Shown here: positions 38,728-50,500 of the stretch, piece by piece | How the letters are laid out: each line of letters starts with the position of its first letter | Position numbering within the stretch: position 1 is the stretch's first letter | Origin: an uncultured virus (IMG/VR IMGVR_UViG_3300021431_000017) | Lineage: Duplodnaviria; Heunggongvirae; Uroviricota; Caudoviricetes | DNA length: 64,000 nt | Strand: one strand, 5' to 3' | Virus record (IMG/VR): IMGVR_UViG_3300021431_000017 | The notes under the pieces: generated by a model | The model's database searches: none | Seen by the model: only the letters and a program-made list of their open reading frames with translations | What the model was told of the DNA's origin: nothing | Translations under genes and position numbers: made by a program

Positions 38728-40461
38728 ATGTGGGCAACATTAATAGCCAAATTAAAGGAGATTCTGAGAAAAATGATTGGAAATCGCACTATTGAACAGG
38801 AATTACACATAGCACCTGCTGTTTCTACAAAAATGGAAAATGCAATTACTCTTTGGGATTCTATGTATAAAAATGAAGCCCCTTGGCTACATGAGCCTAC
38901 ATACGATGACCCTGTGAGAGTTGTGTCATTGGGTATTCCATCAATGATTGCAAGTGAAAAAGCACGTATGGCACTCATTGAATTGGAAAGTGAGATTACA
39001 ACACCTACTGTTGAAGTGGAAAAACCTAATCCCAACTATGTACAGCCAGGAACAAAGATTTTCCCTACAGGTGAAAATACAGAAGAAACGGAAGAATTTA
39101 CAAATCCGTTAAATCCGTTAGCGTTTCAACCAGAAACAATTACTGAAACTCAGCCAGTTGGTGATTCTGCAAGAGCGGAATTCTTAAATGAACAGTACAA
39201 AGTACTAAAGGAACAGCACCTTAGAAAACAACTTGAATACGGAATTGCCAAAGGTGGTTTTGTTATCAAACCTTATCCTGTTGAAGTTCCTAGTGAACGT
39301 ATGCTTGGTGAAACTGTAGACCCTGCTGTGACAGATAAGCAAAAGCCGAAGTATAAATTCATCTTTGATTTTGTACAGGCTGATGCATTTTATCCTCTGT
39401 CGTTTGACGCAAGTGGAAATGCTACTGAAGCGGCATTTATTCAAACCCGTGTTGAACAGAACATTATTTACAGACGACTTGAATACCATAAGTGGGAAAA
39501 TAATACCGTCACTATTATAAATAAGGCATATAAAGCACTACAGAATACAGAACTTGGTATTAATAACACTGATTTAGGGCAGGAAGTTCCGCTCACGTCT
39601 ATTCCAGAATGGAAAGAACTTGCGCCTGAAACAACAATTTCCAATGTTAGTAGACCGCTGTTCGCATATTTTAGAATGCCTGAAGCAAATACAGTCGATA
39701 CTAAGAGCCCTCTCGGAGTATCGGGCTATAGTAGAGCAGTAAGTCTTATTAAAGACGCCGATATGCAGTATTCAAGACTACTGTGGGAATATGAAGCCGG
39801 TGAAATGGCTGTCAATATTGACCGTAATGCGTTTAACTTCATGGCAGACCCAGCAAGACAGGACGGTAAAACTGTTCTTGGTAATATGCAGAATCGTCTA
39901 TATCGTAAGGTCGATATTGATGAAAATGAACTGTTTGAGCCTTATGCACCGTCTCTTAGAGATACGCAGTATATTCAAGGACTTAATGCAATTCTCATGA
40001 GAATTGAGGATGCCACAGGTCTTTCAAGAGGTACGCTGTCAGATGTTGCCGCTGAAGCACGAACAGCAACCGAACTGAAGATTCTCAAACAACGGTCATA
40101 TGCTGTAAATGCTGAAATTCAGAAATCGCTTGAATCCACACTTCGTGATGTTATCTATATCATGAATGTGTACTGTGACCTGTATGAGATTACTCCTAGT
40201 GGAGATTATGACGTGTCGTTTGAGTGGGATGACAGTATTCTGGTCGATGTTGAACGTGAACTGAATAAACGGCTTACACTGTATCAGAATGGACTTGAAT
40301 CGAAACTTGAAATTCGTAAATGGTACTTTGGCGAAACTGAAAGACAGGCTCGTGAAGCATTGGCGAAGATTACTGAGGAACAACTTACATCAATCGACAC
40401 TCCTGAAACAATGACTGTCGGTCAGTATAATCCTAAAATGAACAGCGGAATTAAGAGGTAA
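38728..40461 (+). CDS. portal protein
   Basis: SPLGVS, GLSRGTL, RTATE, FEWDDSI motifs; position after terL. Confidence 0.88.
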   Translation: MWATLIAKLKEILRKMIGNRTIEQELHIAPAVSTKMENAITLWDSMYKNEAPWLHEPTYDDPVRVVSLGIPSMIASEKARMALIELESEITTPTVEVEKPNPNYVQPGTKIFPTGENTEETEEFTNPLNPLAFQPETITETQPVGDSARAEFLNEQYKVLKEQHLRKQLEYGIAKGGFVIKPYPVEVPSERMLGETVDPAVTDKQKPKYKFIFDFVQADAFYPLSFDASGNATEAAFIQTRVEQNIIYRRLEYHKWENNTVTIINKAYKALQNTELGINNTDLGQEVPLTSIPEWKELAPETTISNVSRPLFAYFRMPEANTVDTKSPLGVSGYSRAVSLIKDADMQYSRLLWEYEAGEMAVNIDRNAFNFMADPARQDGKTVLGNMQNRLYRKVDIDENELFEPYAPSLRDTQYIQGLNAILMRIEDATGLSRGTLSDVAAEARTATELKILKQRSYAVNAEIQKSLESTLRDVIYIMNVYCDLYEITPSGDYDVSFEWDDSILVDVERELNKRLTLYQNGLESKLEIRKWYFGETERQAREALAKITEEQLTSIDTPETMTVGQYNPKMNSGIKR

Positions 40462-40463
40462 TT

Positions 40464-41684
40464 ATGTTAAGCGATGATGCGATTGATAATCTTGTACAGC
40501 CTATAGTTAGTAGACAGGAAGATATCAGTAATTACGTCATCAGTGTTATAGCGGAACGGGTGAAGGCTGTTGGCACACTTTCACCCGCCGACTTGTTTAA
40601 ACTAGAGTTACTGACACAGCGTGGTGCTGATATTAGAAAAATTAATCAAATGTTAGCAACGTTAGTTGGAGTTCAAGTTAAGGATATCAAAGCATTAATT
40701 AAAACTGTGGCTCTTGAAAATTATATTAGTGCAAAGCCGTTTTATGACTATCGACATAAATCATATGTACCTTTTGAGAAGAATACCGAACTTCAGAATC
40801 TTGTTAAGAGTATTGGGGATAGAACCGCTGAAACGTATGTCAATTTATCTCAAACGTCAGCAACAGGATTTATGGTCAGTGATTCAAGAAATCCAACTCA
40901 ACTGACATTTAAACCTATTGAAGATACGTATAACAATGTAATTGATAGAGCCATTCAAGCAGTACAAAATGATACTGTCAGTTTTGAAACTGCCACAAGA
41001 CGTGCTATTAAAGAACTTGCAGATAGTGGCATACGTACTATGTATTATCCGAGCGGATATACAAGACGACTGGATTCTGCTGTACGTATGAATATCTTAG
41101 GCGGTGTCAATGCTATTAATGCTGGAGTACAAGCAGAGATTGGCAGACAGATTAATGCTGACGGTGTTGAATTGTCAGCACACGTTAATTCAGCGCCTGA
41201 CCATGAACCATTTCAAGGGCATGTATTCACGATTGAACAGTACAACAGACTACAGTCAAATATGGATTTTGAAGATGTTAAGCAGAATCACTTCACAAGT
41301 GTTGATAGAATTATTGGTGAGTGGAACTGTAGACATTACCCAATTTATGTTGTGTTAGCAACACATAAACCTAGATACTCTGTACAGACGTTGGAAAAGT
41401 TCAGACAGCGTAATGCTGATGGTATTACATTGCCGGATGGCAGACATTTAACGCTTTATGAATGCACACAAGTACAACGTAATTTAGAGACGCAAATAAG
41501 ACGTGCTAAAGACGCTCAAATAGCGTTCAGAAACGCTCAAAACAGAGAACAAGCATTAATCTATCAGCGAAAAGTTTCAACGCTCACAGAACGCTTAAAA
41601 TCGTTCTCAGCGTATGCCGGTTTAGCAGTCAAACGTAACAGAATTACAGTAAATGGTTATCGTGTATTAAAAGATGATATATAA
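40464..41684 (+). CDS. minor capsid / head morphogenesis protein
   Basis: SAH...APDHEPFQG, WNCRH, QRNLETQIR. Confidence 0.85.
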   Translation: MLSDDAIDNLVQPIVSRQEDISNYVISVIAERVKAVGTLSPADLFKLELLTQRGADIRKINQMLATLVGVQVKDIKALIKTVALENYISAKPFYDYRHKSYVPFEKNTELQNLVKSIGDRTAETYVNLSQTSATGFMVSDSRNPTQLTFKPIEDTYNNVIDRAIQAVQNDTVSFETATRRAIKELADSGIRTMYYPSGYTRRLDSAVRMNILGGVNAINAGVQAEIGRQINADGVELSAHVNSAPDHEPFQGHVFTIEQYNRLQSNMDFEDVKQNHFTSVDRIIGEWNCRHYPIYVVLATHKPRYSVQTLEKFRQRNADGITLPDGRHLTLYECTQVQRNLETQIRRAKDAQIAFRNAQNREQALIYQRKVSTLTERLKSFSAYAGLAVKRNRITVNGYRVLKDDI

Positions 41685-41841
41685 TTTACAAATTACCATT
41701 TATTATATATAATAACATCAGAGATGGAGTGTCCATTTCTTGTCTAACGTAAAGACGCTTAAAGAAACGTACACTTTACCGCAAACTGTAATGCGGGTAA
41801 ATAAATAACAGATATAAAGAGTGTAAAGGAGAGAGGTAAAA

Positions 41842-42513
41842 ATGGATTTAAAAGAATTGTTTAGTAAAGCAGAGGGTGGAGTATTTACATATGAAGCCTT
41901 TGAATCTGCGCTCAAAGATGCTGGTATTAAACTTGCTGATTTGAGTTCCGGTGAGTATGTGTCTAAGCATAAGTATGACGATGACCTTAAGGCTAAAGAT
42001 GATAACATCTCAAAACTTAATGATACTATTGCAAAACGTGACACAGACCTTGCGAATCTGAAGTCTCAACTTGAAGAGGCTGGTACAGATGCGACAAAAC
42101 TCGGAGAACTTACAACACAGTTTAATGACCTGCAGACAAAGTATGATACTGACATTAAAGAGTATCAGGCTCAACTGAAACAGCAGGAATATGAATTTGC
42201 TGTCAGAGATTTCGCTGGTAATAAATCGTTTACTAGCAATGCCGCTAAACGAGACTTTATTCAGTCCATGATTGCCAAAAATCTCACAGTGGAGAACGGT
42301 AAAATTATTGGTGGAGAAGACTTCGCTACAGGATACTTGGCTGATAATCCGGATGCATTTGTTACTCAGCAGGAACAGCCTGTTGCAGATAACAAGCCGA
42401 AGTTTGTATCTTCTACTGATACTGTATCGTCTCCGGCACCAGACCCTACAAATGGGTTTGCAAAGGCGTTTAATTTCGCATCACTTAGAGGCGATACGCC
42501 CAAAACTAATTGA
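41842..42513 (+). CDS. capsid scaffolding protein
   Basis: GEYVSK.K, long coiled coil, upstream of the capsid gene. Confidence 0.8.
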   Translation: MDLKELFSKAEGGVFTYEAFESALKDAGIKLADLSSGEYVSKHKYDDDLKAKDDNISKLNDTIAKRDTDLANLKSQLEEAGTDATKLGELTTQFNDLQTKYDTDIKEYQAQLKQQEYEFAVRDFAGNKSFTSNAAKRDFIQSMIAKNLTVENGKIIGGEDFATGYLADNPDAFVTQQEQPVADNKPKFVSSTDTVSSPAPDPTNGFAKAFNFASLRGDTPKTN

Positions 42514-42528
42514 GGAGGAAAGTAATTT

Positions 42529-43536
42529 ATGTCTACACCCGCAAACAATGGCGGTGCTAATTCCGCTGTCGGCGCAGTAAACTATGCTACTGAGTACAAG
42601 CGTGCCCTTGAACAGGCATTTCCGTATGTTCTGAATTTTGGTGCGCTGTATAGTACACCGAATAACGGTAAGTTCCGTTGGGTAAACGCTAAGACGATTG
42701 AAATTCCGTCTATCAGCACCACAGGTCGTGTAAACGCTGACCGTGATACTGTTGCATTTGCACAGCGTAACTACGACAACAAGTGGGAAACAAAGACACT
42801 CTCCAACGAGCGTAAGTGGAGCACACTTGTTCACCCGATGGACATTGACCAGTCCAATATGGTTAATACGATTGCTAACATCACTCGGGTATTCAACGAG
42901 GAACAGAAGTTCCCTGAAATGGATGCATATACCATTTCTCATCTGTACAGTCTGTGGACAACTTCTATCCAAGGCGATAGCGCACACGGCGCTTATGTTG
43001 GTAAGACTGCTGATAGCACTGTTCTTACTGTTGCCAACATTCTCAGTGTCTTCGATGCAATGATGCTGAAGATGGACAATGCTCGTGTTCCGGTAAACGG
43101 ACGTATTCTGTACGTTACTAATGAAGTTAAGTCCATGCTGAAGAATGCTCAGATTGATGCTAACAACACTCTCGGACGTTCTATCAATGTTGAAACTGGT
43201 CCGAATGGTATTGACCGTCGGATTAATCGTCTTGACGAAGTTCAGGTTATCGGTGTTCCGGCTGAACTGATGAAGACTGCGTATGACTTCACAACAGGTT
43301 GGGTTCCGGCGGCTTCTGCTAAGCAGATTAATATGTTCCTGGTTCATCCGGGCGCAGTTATTACTCCGGTATCTTACACATTCTCTCGTCTGGATGCTCC
43401 GAGTGCTATGTCTGAAGGTAAGTATGTGTACTACGAAGAGTCCTTTGAGGATGTATTCATTCTCAATAAGAAGGCAGACGCTCTCCAGTTCAATGTAACT
43501 GATGCCTCTACTACCACAACCACAACGAACGGTTGA
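42529..43536 (+). CDS. major capsid protein
   Basis: NYATEY, KTIEIP, PEMDAY, RILYVT, INMFLVHP; strongly biased codon usage. Confidence 0.9.
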   Translation: MSTPANNGGANSAVGAVNYATEYKRALEQAFPYVLNFGALYSTPNNGKFRWVNAKTIEIPSISTTGRVNADRDTVAFAQRNYDNKWETKTLSNERKWSTLVHPMDIDQSNMVNTIANITRVFNEEQKFPEMDAYTISHLYSLWTTSIQGDSAHGAYVGKTADSTVLTVANILSVFDAMMLKMDNARVPVNGRILYVTNEVKSMLKNAQIDANNTLGRSINVETGPNGIDRRINRLDEVQVIGVPAELMKTAYDFTTGWVPAASAKQINMFLVHPGAVITPVSYTFSRLDAPSAMSEGKYVYYEESFEDVFILNKKADALQFNVTDASTTTTTTNG

Positions 43537-43823
43537 TGCTAACTAAAGTTCGTAGAGGTAATGTAATTCTTCAAATCGAGGATGACGCTGACAATGTTCA
43601 GCGTTACCTCGATAAGGGTTACAGTTTGATTGACCAAGTCACCGAAGAAATTATTAAGGAAGCGATTCCTAATGATGTCGATGAACTGAGAGCGTTGGTC
43701 GCCAAACAGCAAAAACTTATTGAAGAATTAAAGGCAAATCAACAGACACCAAAAACAGAAGAGGTTACATCTGATGATGCTGTTGACGAAAAACCTAAAA
43801 GACGTACAAAGAAACAAAAGTAA
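43536..43823 (+). CDS. hypothetical head-associated protein
   Basis: Coupled to the capsid stop codon; coiled coil and basic tail. Confidence 0.65.
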   Translation: MLTKVRRGNVILQIEDDADNVQRYLDKGYSLIDQVTEEIIKEAIPNDVDELRALVAKQQKLIEELKANQQTPKTEEVTSDDAVDEKPKRRTKKQK

Positions 43824-43830
43824 CTGAAAG

Positions 43831-44310
43831 GTGGTGGATTCAATGTATCTTACCTACGAAGAATATCAATCCTACGGTGGAACGTTAGATGAAACCACCT
43901 TTAACGATTATGAGTTTGAAGCGTCAATGTGGATTGATTGGTATACATTTGGAAGACTTCAGAATGAAACTGAGATTAACGAACGTGTGAAACGGTGTGT
44001 CAATAAACTCATCCAGCTCGCAAAATTAAAAGCAGATGCGTTGAGTTTAGGCGCACAAACTGTTTCAACTACGGACGCAGAGGGACATACTACAACAGTA
44101 CAAACATCGGGCGTAATTGCATCTCAATCAAATGATGGAGTTGACATTAGTTATAACACTCTTGGTGCAAGTGAAGCGTATAAACTTCTCAAAAATGGCG
44201 GTGACGGCGGTAGAAATCTTATTGCCGATACCTGCTATATGTATCTTGAAGGCTTAAAAAATTCACTTGGACAAAAAGTGTTGTACAGAGGTATTTATCC
44301 AAATGAGTAA
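43831..44310 (+). CDS. head-tail adaptor
   Basis: YLTYEEY, ID.YTFGR, SQSNDGV.ISY, LYRG. Confidence 0.8.
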   Translation: MVDSMYLTYEEYQSYGGTLDETTFNDYEFEASMWIDWYTFGRLQNETEINERVKRCVNKLIQLAKLKADALSLGAQTVSTTDAEGHTTTVQTSGVIASQSNDGVDISYNTLGASEAYKLLKNGGDGGRNLIADTCYMYLEGLKNSLGQKVLYRGIYPNE

Positions 44311-44767
44311 ACCAGGATATCCGCAATGGTGGAATACTACAATAACGATTTATAATCAGTACATTGACCCTGTAACAGATATTGTTTCTTGGTATCGAAC
44401 AGTTGTTCCTGATTGTTTTTGGGACTACTCTGGAGAACGTGTACTGATTAATGATGTTGAACTTAATACCAGTTCAGTTATTTGTAGAATTCCGGAAGAT
44501 GAAAAGTATCTGTCTAAATATTTATGGGAACAAAAGCCTAATGATGAAATGTCTAACTATTTTACCGTAGGGCGAGATGACATTATCATTCCTGGTGAAG
44601 TTGACGATACTATTGATGAGTACGATAGGGGTACTGGCATTAAGTCTACAGACCTACTTGCGAAGTATTCTAAATTACAGGGTTGTATGAAAGTGAATAC
44701 TATCGTAGAAAACGTGGGCGGCGGTAGAAATAATCCGCATTATCACGTTCTTGGTGATAGAGGATGA
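44303..44767 (+). CDS. head closure protein
   Basis: TITIYN...WYRTV..., D.II.G; position. Confidence 0.65.
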   Translation: MSKPGYPQWWNTTITIYNQYIDPVTDIVSWYRTVVPDCFWDYSGERVLINDVELNTSSVICRIPEDEKYLSKYLWEQKPNDEMSNYFTVGRDDIIIPGEVDDTIDEYDRGTGIKSTDLLAKYSKLQGCMKVNTIVENVGGGRNNPHYHVLGDRG

Positions 44768-45309
44768 AAAGGGGTTCTATAAGAGTGCGGGTACCAGCCG
44801 CACAATTACAAACGAAATTACAGAAGAAATTATCAGATGTTGTCGGTAATCGAAAGGCTAGATTAGAGACAAATAAAATATACCTCGAGATGAGTAATAA
44901 GTATGTTCCTTATGAAGAAGGCACATTACGCAATAAAGGACACTATACTGAAAAGTCTGTAATTTGGGATACTGAGTATGCTCATTATCAGTATGTGGGA
45001 ATTGTTTATGGACCTAATTTCCCTATCTATGACCGAAATGCGGATAACGGTAAGCCTGTAAGTTATCATATTGACCCGGTGACTAATAGGAGATGGCCGG
45101 TATTTAATCCAGCAGTTGCTACTCCGATAGGATTTAGAACACCTAAGGGTATGACAAAATATCCGACAAATAGAAGCCTATCGTACCATAAAGATGGAAA
45201 TCCCCTTGCGTCAAAAGAGTGGGATAAAAAAATGCTTCAAAATGATAGAAGGGCATTCAACAATCGAGTAACAAGTGCGTTGAAAAAAATTGCAGGAGGT
45301 AAGAAATGA
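44764..45309 (+). CDS. neck / minor capsid protein
   Basis: YVPYEEGTL, YAHYQY.G, W motif. Confidence 0.75.
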   Translation: MKRGSIRVRVPAAQLQTKLQKKLSDVVGNRKARLETNKIYLEMSNKYVPYEEGTLRNKGHYTEKSVIWDTEYAHYQYVGIVYGPNFPIYDRNADNGKPVSYHIDPVTNRRWPVFNPAVATPIGFRTPKGMTKYPTNRSLSYHKDGNPLASKEWDKKMLQNDRRAFNNRVTSALKKIAGGKK

Positions 45310-45794
45310 CTGACAAGAATAGTGCCATCATTGATTATCTGCTGACCTGTGACACTATAAAGTCAAGTTCCTTATACTTTAACTTCATTAATGCCAAGAA
45401 TGATACTAAACAAATCATCGCGGATGCTAATGATACGTATACGGATAAAAAGTATATTGATGGTTCAGTGTTAAAACAATATCAATGTACTTTAATTGAT
45501 TTTAGGTCCCTGTCAACAAAGCCAATTCCCAGGGCACTAGGGTACACTGATGAAAATGTCTCTGACTTAGGGTTTGTTCAAAGTATTATTGATTGGATAG
45601 AAGTTCAAAATGACAATCGAAATTTTCCCGATTTTGGGCAGACGTGTATCGTAGAGAGTATTCACACTACATCAAATAATCCCAATTTAGACGGAATTGA
45701 TGCTTCAACAACACCAGCATTAGCAAAATACAGTATTACTATCCAAATAGAATATTTGGACACATCAAAAGTTATGTGGAATAAGGAGGACTAA
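45306..45794 (+). CDS. tail terminator
   Basis: YIDGS, W.E.Q...NFP, AKY.I.IQIEY. Confidence 0.7.
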   Translation: MTDKNSAIIDYLLTCDTIKSSSLYFNFINAKNDTKQIIADANDTYTDKKYIDGSVLKQYQCTLIDFRSLSTKPIPRALGYTDENVSDLGFVQSIIDWIEVQNDNRNFPDFGQTCIVESIHTTSNNPNLDGIDASTTPALAKYSITIQIEYLDTSKVMWNKED

Positions 45795-45797
45795 CTT

Positions 45798-46322
45798 ATG
45801 GCTTTTAATCTTAGAGATGGTCAACGTGCTGAACGTAAACTTCTCATCACAGTGGCAGAGTGGACTGAGGGTAATACGCAAGTTCGTGAACTGCTTGGTA
45901 CACGTACTGAGGACTCCAGCATTGAGTACAATGCAGATATTGAAACCACAACTGATATTCGTGGTAACAACTATACAGACCTCAACCGGACTCAGCCGCA
46001 ACAGGATTTTGACCCGCATCTGATTATGGGCGGTGCGAAACTTGCTGAAAAACTGAATGATATTCGGCGTAGAAATGCACTTAGTGAACTTGACCAGTTT
46101 ACTTGCTATATCATCACTGCGTTTAAGGGTGATTCTGAAAACGGTTATGAGGCTGAAAAGCACGTTCACTGCACAATTACCTATAACAGCATCGGCGGTG
46201 ATGTAAACGTTAATTTCCCGATTTCTGTCTACTTCAGTAACAACATTACTACAGGTAAAGTAGATAAGATTGCGGATGACTTTACGTTCACACCTGACGG
46301 TGCAACCACTACAACAGAGTAG
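45798..46322 (+). CDS. major tail (tube) protein
   Basis: Position before chaperones and tape measure; SIGGD, G.V...FTP end; biased codons. Confidence 0.8.
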   Translation: MAFNLRDGQRAERKLLITVAEWTEGNTQVRELLGTRTEDSSIEYNADIETTTDIRGNNYTDLNRTQPQQDFDPHLIMGGAKLAEKLNDIRRRNALSELDQFTCYIITAFKGDSENGYEAEKHVHCTITYNSIGGDVNVNFPISVYFSNNITTGKVDKIADDFTFTPDGATTTTE

Positions 46323-46430
46323 TAATCAAGGGCTATGCAGATTCAAGTTCTGCTAGGTCCACCCTCTCTGGGCCTATCGTTTAAGTTGGTAAGACAGCCT
46401 TTATAATTATTCATGAGAGGAGAATAAATT

Positions 46431-46919
46431 ATGCCTAACGATTTGCTGAAACGTAACGAACCTGTTGTTGATATAGACTTATCAGCAACAGGTAAAAAGA
46501 CATTCATGGTTAAGTTAAAAGAGGGCGATATTCGACCGCTGGAACTTAATCCTTCTGACCTCATGTTCATCACTAGACTGAACAAACTGTATCCTGAACT
46601 TCAGCGTAAGGCTGATGCCGCTATGGCAGAATTGGATATTGATGAGAATAAGTCTGCGGATGAAATTTTAGCAAAAGCTTCCGAGATTCTTACTCAAATT
46701 GATTCTGATATGCGTGTTGCTATGGATGAACTGTTTGATACAAATGTATCGGAAGTATGTGCACCCACGGGTTCAATGTATGACCCGTTTAATGGTATGT
46801 TTAGATTTGAGCATATTATTAAAGCACTATCCTCACTTTATGAAAATAACATAAGTGCGGAAACATCTAAAACGATGGCAAAATTAAATAAGCACACTGC
46901 AAAGTATATTAAATCGTGA
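46431..46919 (+). CDS. tail assembly chaperone
   Basis: Helical protein between tail tube and gp15-like genes. Confidence 0.7.
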   Translation: MPNDLLKRNEPVVDIDLSATGKKTFMVKLKEGDIRPLELNPSDLMFITRLNKLYPELQRKADAAMAELDIDENKSADEILAKASEILTQIDSDMRVAMDELFDTNVSEVCAPTGSMYDPFNGMFRFEHIIKALSSLYENNISAETSKTMAKLNKHTAKYIKS

Positions 46920-47515
46920 TGGATAAGTACAGTATTCCGACTGAAGTTAATGTCAACGGAAAGATATTCAAAATAAGAAACAAGGGCGATTATCGGGTTA
47001 TGCTTGATTGTTTCGCCGTATTAGATGACCCAGAGTTAGATAAACAAGAAAAACTACTTGGTTGTTTAATTATATTTTATGAGAATATCGTTAGTTTAAA
47101 TGATGTTGAACAATTAACAAGAGAGGAGTTGGAAAGTGCTGTATCTGAAATGTATACATTCTTTAACTGCGGAAATAACGAGAGTTCTGGTCCCAAGCAT
47201 AATTATAAGTTAATTGATTGGGATAAGGACTCTCAATTAATTTGTAGTGCAGTTAATAAGGTTGCAAATACAGAGATACGAGCAGTACCATATCTTCACT
47301 GGTGGACATTTATGGGATATTATTCTTCCGTAGGGGAAAGTGTGCTGTCTACAGTTATTGGTATTCGTGATAAAATAGTATCGAATAAAAAACTGGAGAA
47401 GTGGGAGAATAAATTTAGAAACGAAAATCCACAATACTTTACTTGGAATATGCGCACTGCTGAGCAGATTGCGGATGATGAATATGTAAAGAGTTTGTGG
47501 AATAGCGGAAAGTAG
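46916..47515 (+). CDS. Gp15-family tail assembly chaperone
   Basis: DYR, DWDKD.QLI.SA, YLHWWTF, IR.K. Confidence 0.8.
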   Translation: MMDKYSIPTEVNVNGKIFKIRNKGDYRVMLDCFAVLDDPELDKQEKLLGCLIIFYENIVSLNDVEQLTREELESAVSEMYTFFNCGNNESSGPKHNYKLIDWDKDSQLICSAVNKVANTEIRAVPYLHWWTFMGYYSSVGESVLSTVIGIRDKIVSNKKLEKWENKFRNENPQYFTWNMRTAEQIADDEYVKSLWNSGK

Positions 47516-47523
47516 GTGACTTT

Positions 47524-50500
47524 ATGGCAGAAGATGCAGTTGTTATACCCGTATCACTTGAACCTGACATGCAATCTACCTTAAAGGCTGGCGCACAGTT
47601 AAGCAAGGAACTTTCTGATGCAATAAATGAATATGCCGATGTAGATATTTCAGATAAGTTACGAAAAAACCTTATTCAGGCTCAAAAATTTGAATCTCAA
47701 TTAACTAAGGTTAATAGTAAAATAGTGGAACTTGCATCAACTTCTGAAAATTTAATTCCTACAGATACTTATCAATCTGCTTGGGATAGTATGGTTAAAT
47801 ACCGAGAGGAAGCAAACAAAATAACCGCTGAATTAGAAAAATTAAAACAGAAACAAGAAGAATTAAGTAGGCGAGATTCCACAATGCTTACTAATTATGC
47901 TAAAAGGAATAACATTTCTAATCGTGGTGAAGCAAGAGAAAAACTATTCGCTGAAAATAGTACGTATTATCGATTACAACAATCCATTAAAGACACAACC
48001 GCACAAGAAAATGCGCTTAGAGATTCACAAGAACGTGTAAATGCCGAACTTGAACGTTATAGAAATTTAGTAAATGAGATTCAAAATAACGGAACAGCAT
48101 TTATTAAAGTTGGCGATACTGATGCGTATTACACATCATTAACGGATAATTTAGCAAAGTCGGCTGAACTTACTCAAAAACTTCAAATGTCATTGGGTGC
48201 TGTAGCGCATGAAGGCGGAGAAAATGTACAGAAGATAATTTCTCCTATTGCACGATTAGGCACTATTGCATCTATAACGGGTGGTAAAATTGCCACATTA
48301 GCAAAAAATTTACTGATGATGGCTAAGTCTGCTATTGCTGGCGGTATTAGACGATTAGCGTCTTCATTTAGAGGACTTGGTAAAGATTCTGAAAACTCCG
48401 GTGATTCGTTTAAAAAGGCGATAAAGTTATTCATTAAATATGGATTTGGTGTTCGTAGTTTCTTCTTCTTGTTCCGAAAAATTCGGTCTGCTATTGCAGA
48501 TAGTTTGAAAACATTGAAGGATGCGAGTTTTGGTGATGTTGGAGCATCATTAAATGCCCTGTCAACGTCTCTGCAATATTTAAAGGATAGTTGGGCGGCG
48601 GCATTTGCACCGATTATTACATTTGTAACTCCGGTGCTGACGAGATTAATGGATGCTTTCTCTGGTATTATGAATACGATTGGAGCATTCATCGCACTGC
48701 TTACAGGTAAATCGTTCTTTGTTAAAGCAGTAAAAGGAACCGGTGCGTTAGCAGATAAAACTAAAGCAGGTGCTGAAGCGCAAAAAGAATGGAACAATGA
48801 ACTGTACTCTTTTGATGAACTTAACAGACAACAAGACCAAGATGATAAGAATAAAGATTCAGGAAGTGGTAGCGGTGGAGGACTTAACTTTGAAGAGTCT
48901 CCGATTAGCGGAACATTATCTGAGTGGCTTCAAAATTGGGGAGAACGTCTTAAAGAGGCTTGGCAAAATAGTGAATTCTATAAGTTTGGAGAAATCGTTT
49001 CTGAAGGCTTAAATAAGGCTGTCGATGCTATTGATAACTGGATTGATAACACGCTTCAACCGTTTGCAGTTACGTGGTCAAAGAACATTGCGACAATCTT
49101 AAACGGTGTGGTTGCAGGATTGGATTGGGCACGTCTTGGAGATATGCTTGCGTCCGGTCTTAACATTATCCCTGCTGTCATTAATACGTTTATGGATACG
49201 TTTGACTTTAGTGTATTTGGTCAGCGTCTTGGTGAAGGGATTAAATCTTTTGTAGATGTTGTTGATTGGGAAGGTATTGGAAAATTATTTTCTAATAAAC
49301 TGCGCCGATTAATCGAAATATTTCACGGCATTGTTAATACTCCGGGACTTTGGGAAAGTATTGGAAATGCAATTTCCTCAGCAATCACGGGATGGTTCTT
49401 CAACATTGATTGGCAATTAGCCGGTGAAACACTTGCTACCGGATTTAACGGGCTTGTAACATCTGTACACATAGCAATTCAAAATATTCCGTGGTTTACA
49501 ATGGCTGAAACCTTTGTCGCTGGTTTGAATACGCTGGTTACTGATATTGATTGGGCAGAATTTGGGCGTACTGTTAGTGATGCTCTTGTTGACGCTCTTG
49601 GCATGATTGTACTAGCACTCGCTGAATTTGATTGGCAGGGACTCGGTGAAGCAATCGGAGAATTTATTAGTAATATTGATTGGGGCAAAGTTGCGTTACT
49701 TGCAGTCATGGGTTTAATGGCACTTGCCAGCGGTCTATTTGAAGCATTAATTAGCGCATTGGAGTCAGTTTTTGAAAATATTGGTGATAAATTTGCTGAA
49801 TTTGGAGATGATGGCATAGCAGGATTCTTTAAAGGAATTGCAGATGCGTTAAAGAATTTAAAAAATTGGGTTCAAGAAAACATGATTGACCCATTAGTCA
49901 ATGCAGTAAAAGACCTACTTGGAATTCATTCGCCATCAAAAGTATTTTCTGAAATTGGTACAAATTTAGTCGATGGATTATTTGAAGGTATTAAAAATAC
50001 ATGGTCTAAAATTACAGGATTCTTTGACCAGTCACTTGGTCCGTTAGTTAGTAAAATTCAAACAGCGTGGGATGATTTAAAAACTAAAACAGGTACGACT
50101 TGGAATAACATTAAAACTGCGGTTTCCAATACTTGGACAAATACAAAAAACAAACTGTTTACTACGACAGGAAATATCAAAACTGATGTTACTAATGCGT
50201 GGAATAATCTTAAAACCACAACTACCACATCGTGGAATAATATAAAAACTACTGTTACTAATTCCTGGAAAAATCTGAAAACAAATTTACGGTCAGTAAG
50301 TTTCAGTGATATTGGTAGAAATTTAGTAGATGGTATTAAGAACGGTGTCAGCGGTGCTTGGGATTCTTTGGTAAGTAGTGTAAACAGACTGTGCGGTTCA
50401 TTGGTAGACAGAGTTAGGGGAATGTTTCAAATTCATTCGCCATCAAAAGTATTTGCTGAAATTGGTGAAAACTTAGCATTAGGTCTTGCTGAAGGTATTA

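Noticed and set aside
42481..43347. Long antisense ORFs (also 13910-14548, 48183-48797, 61550-62002)
   Set aside because: Shadows of codon-biased sense genes
46431..47515. Programmed frameshift between the tail chaperones
   Set aside because: No clear slippery heptamer at the junction; the ORFs simply overlap by 4 nt
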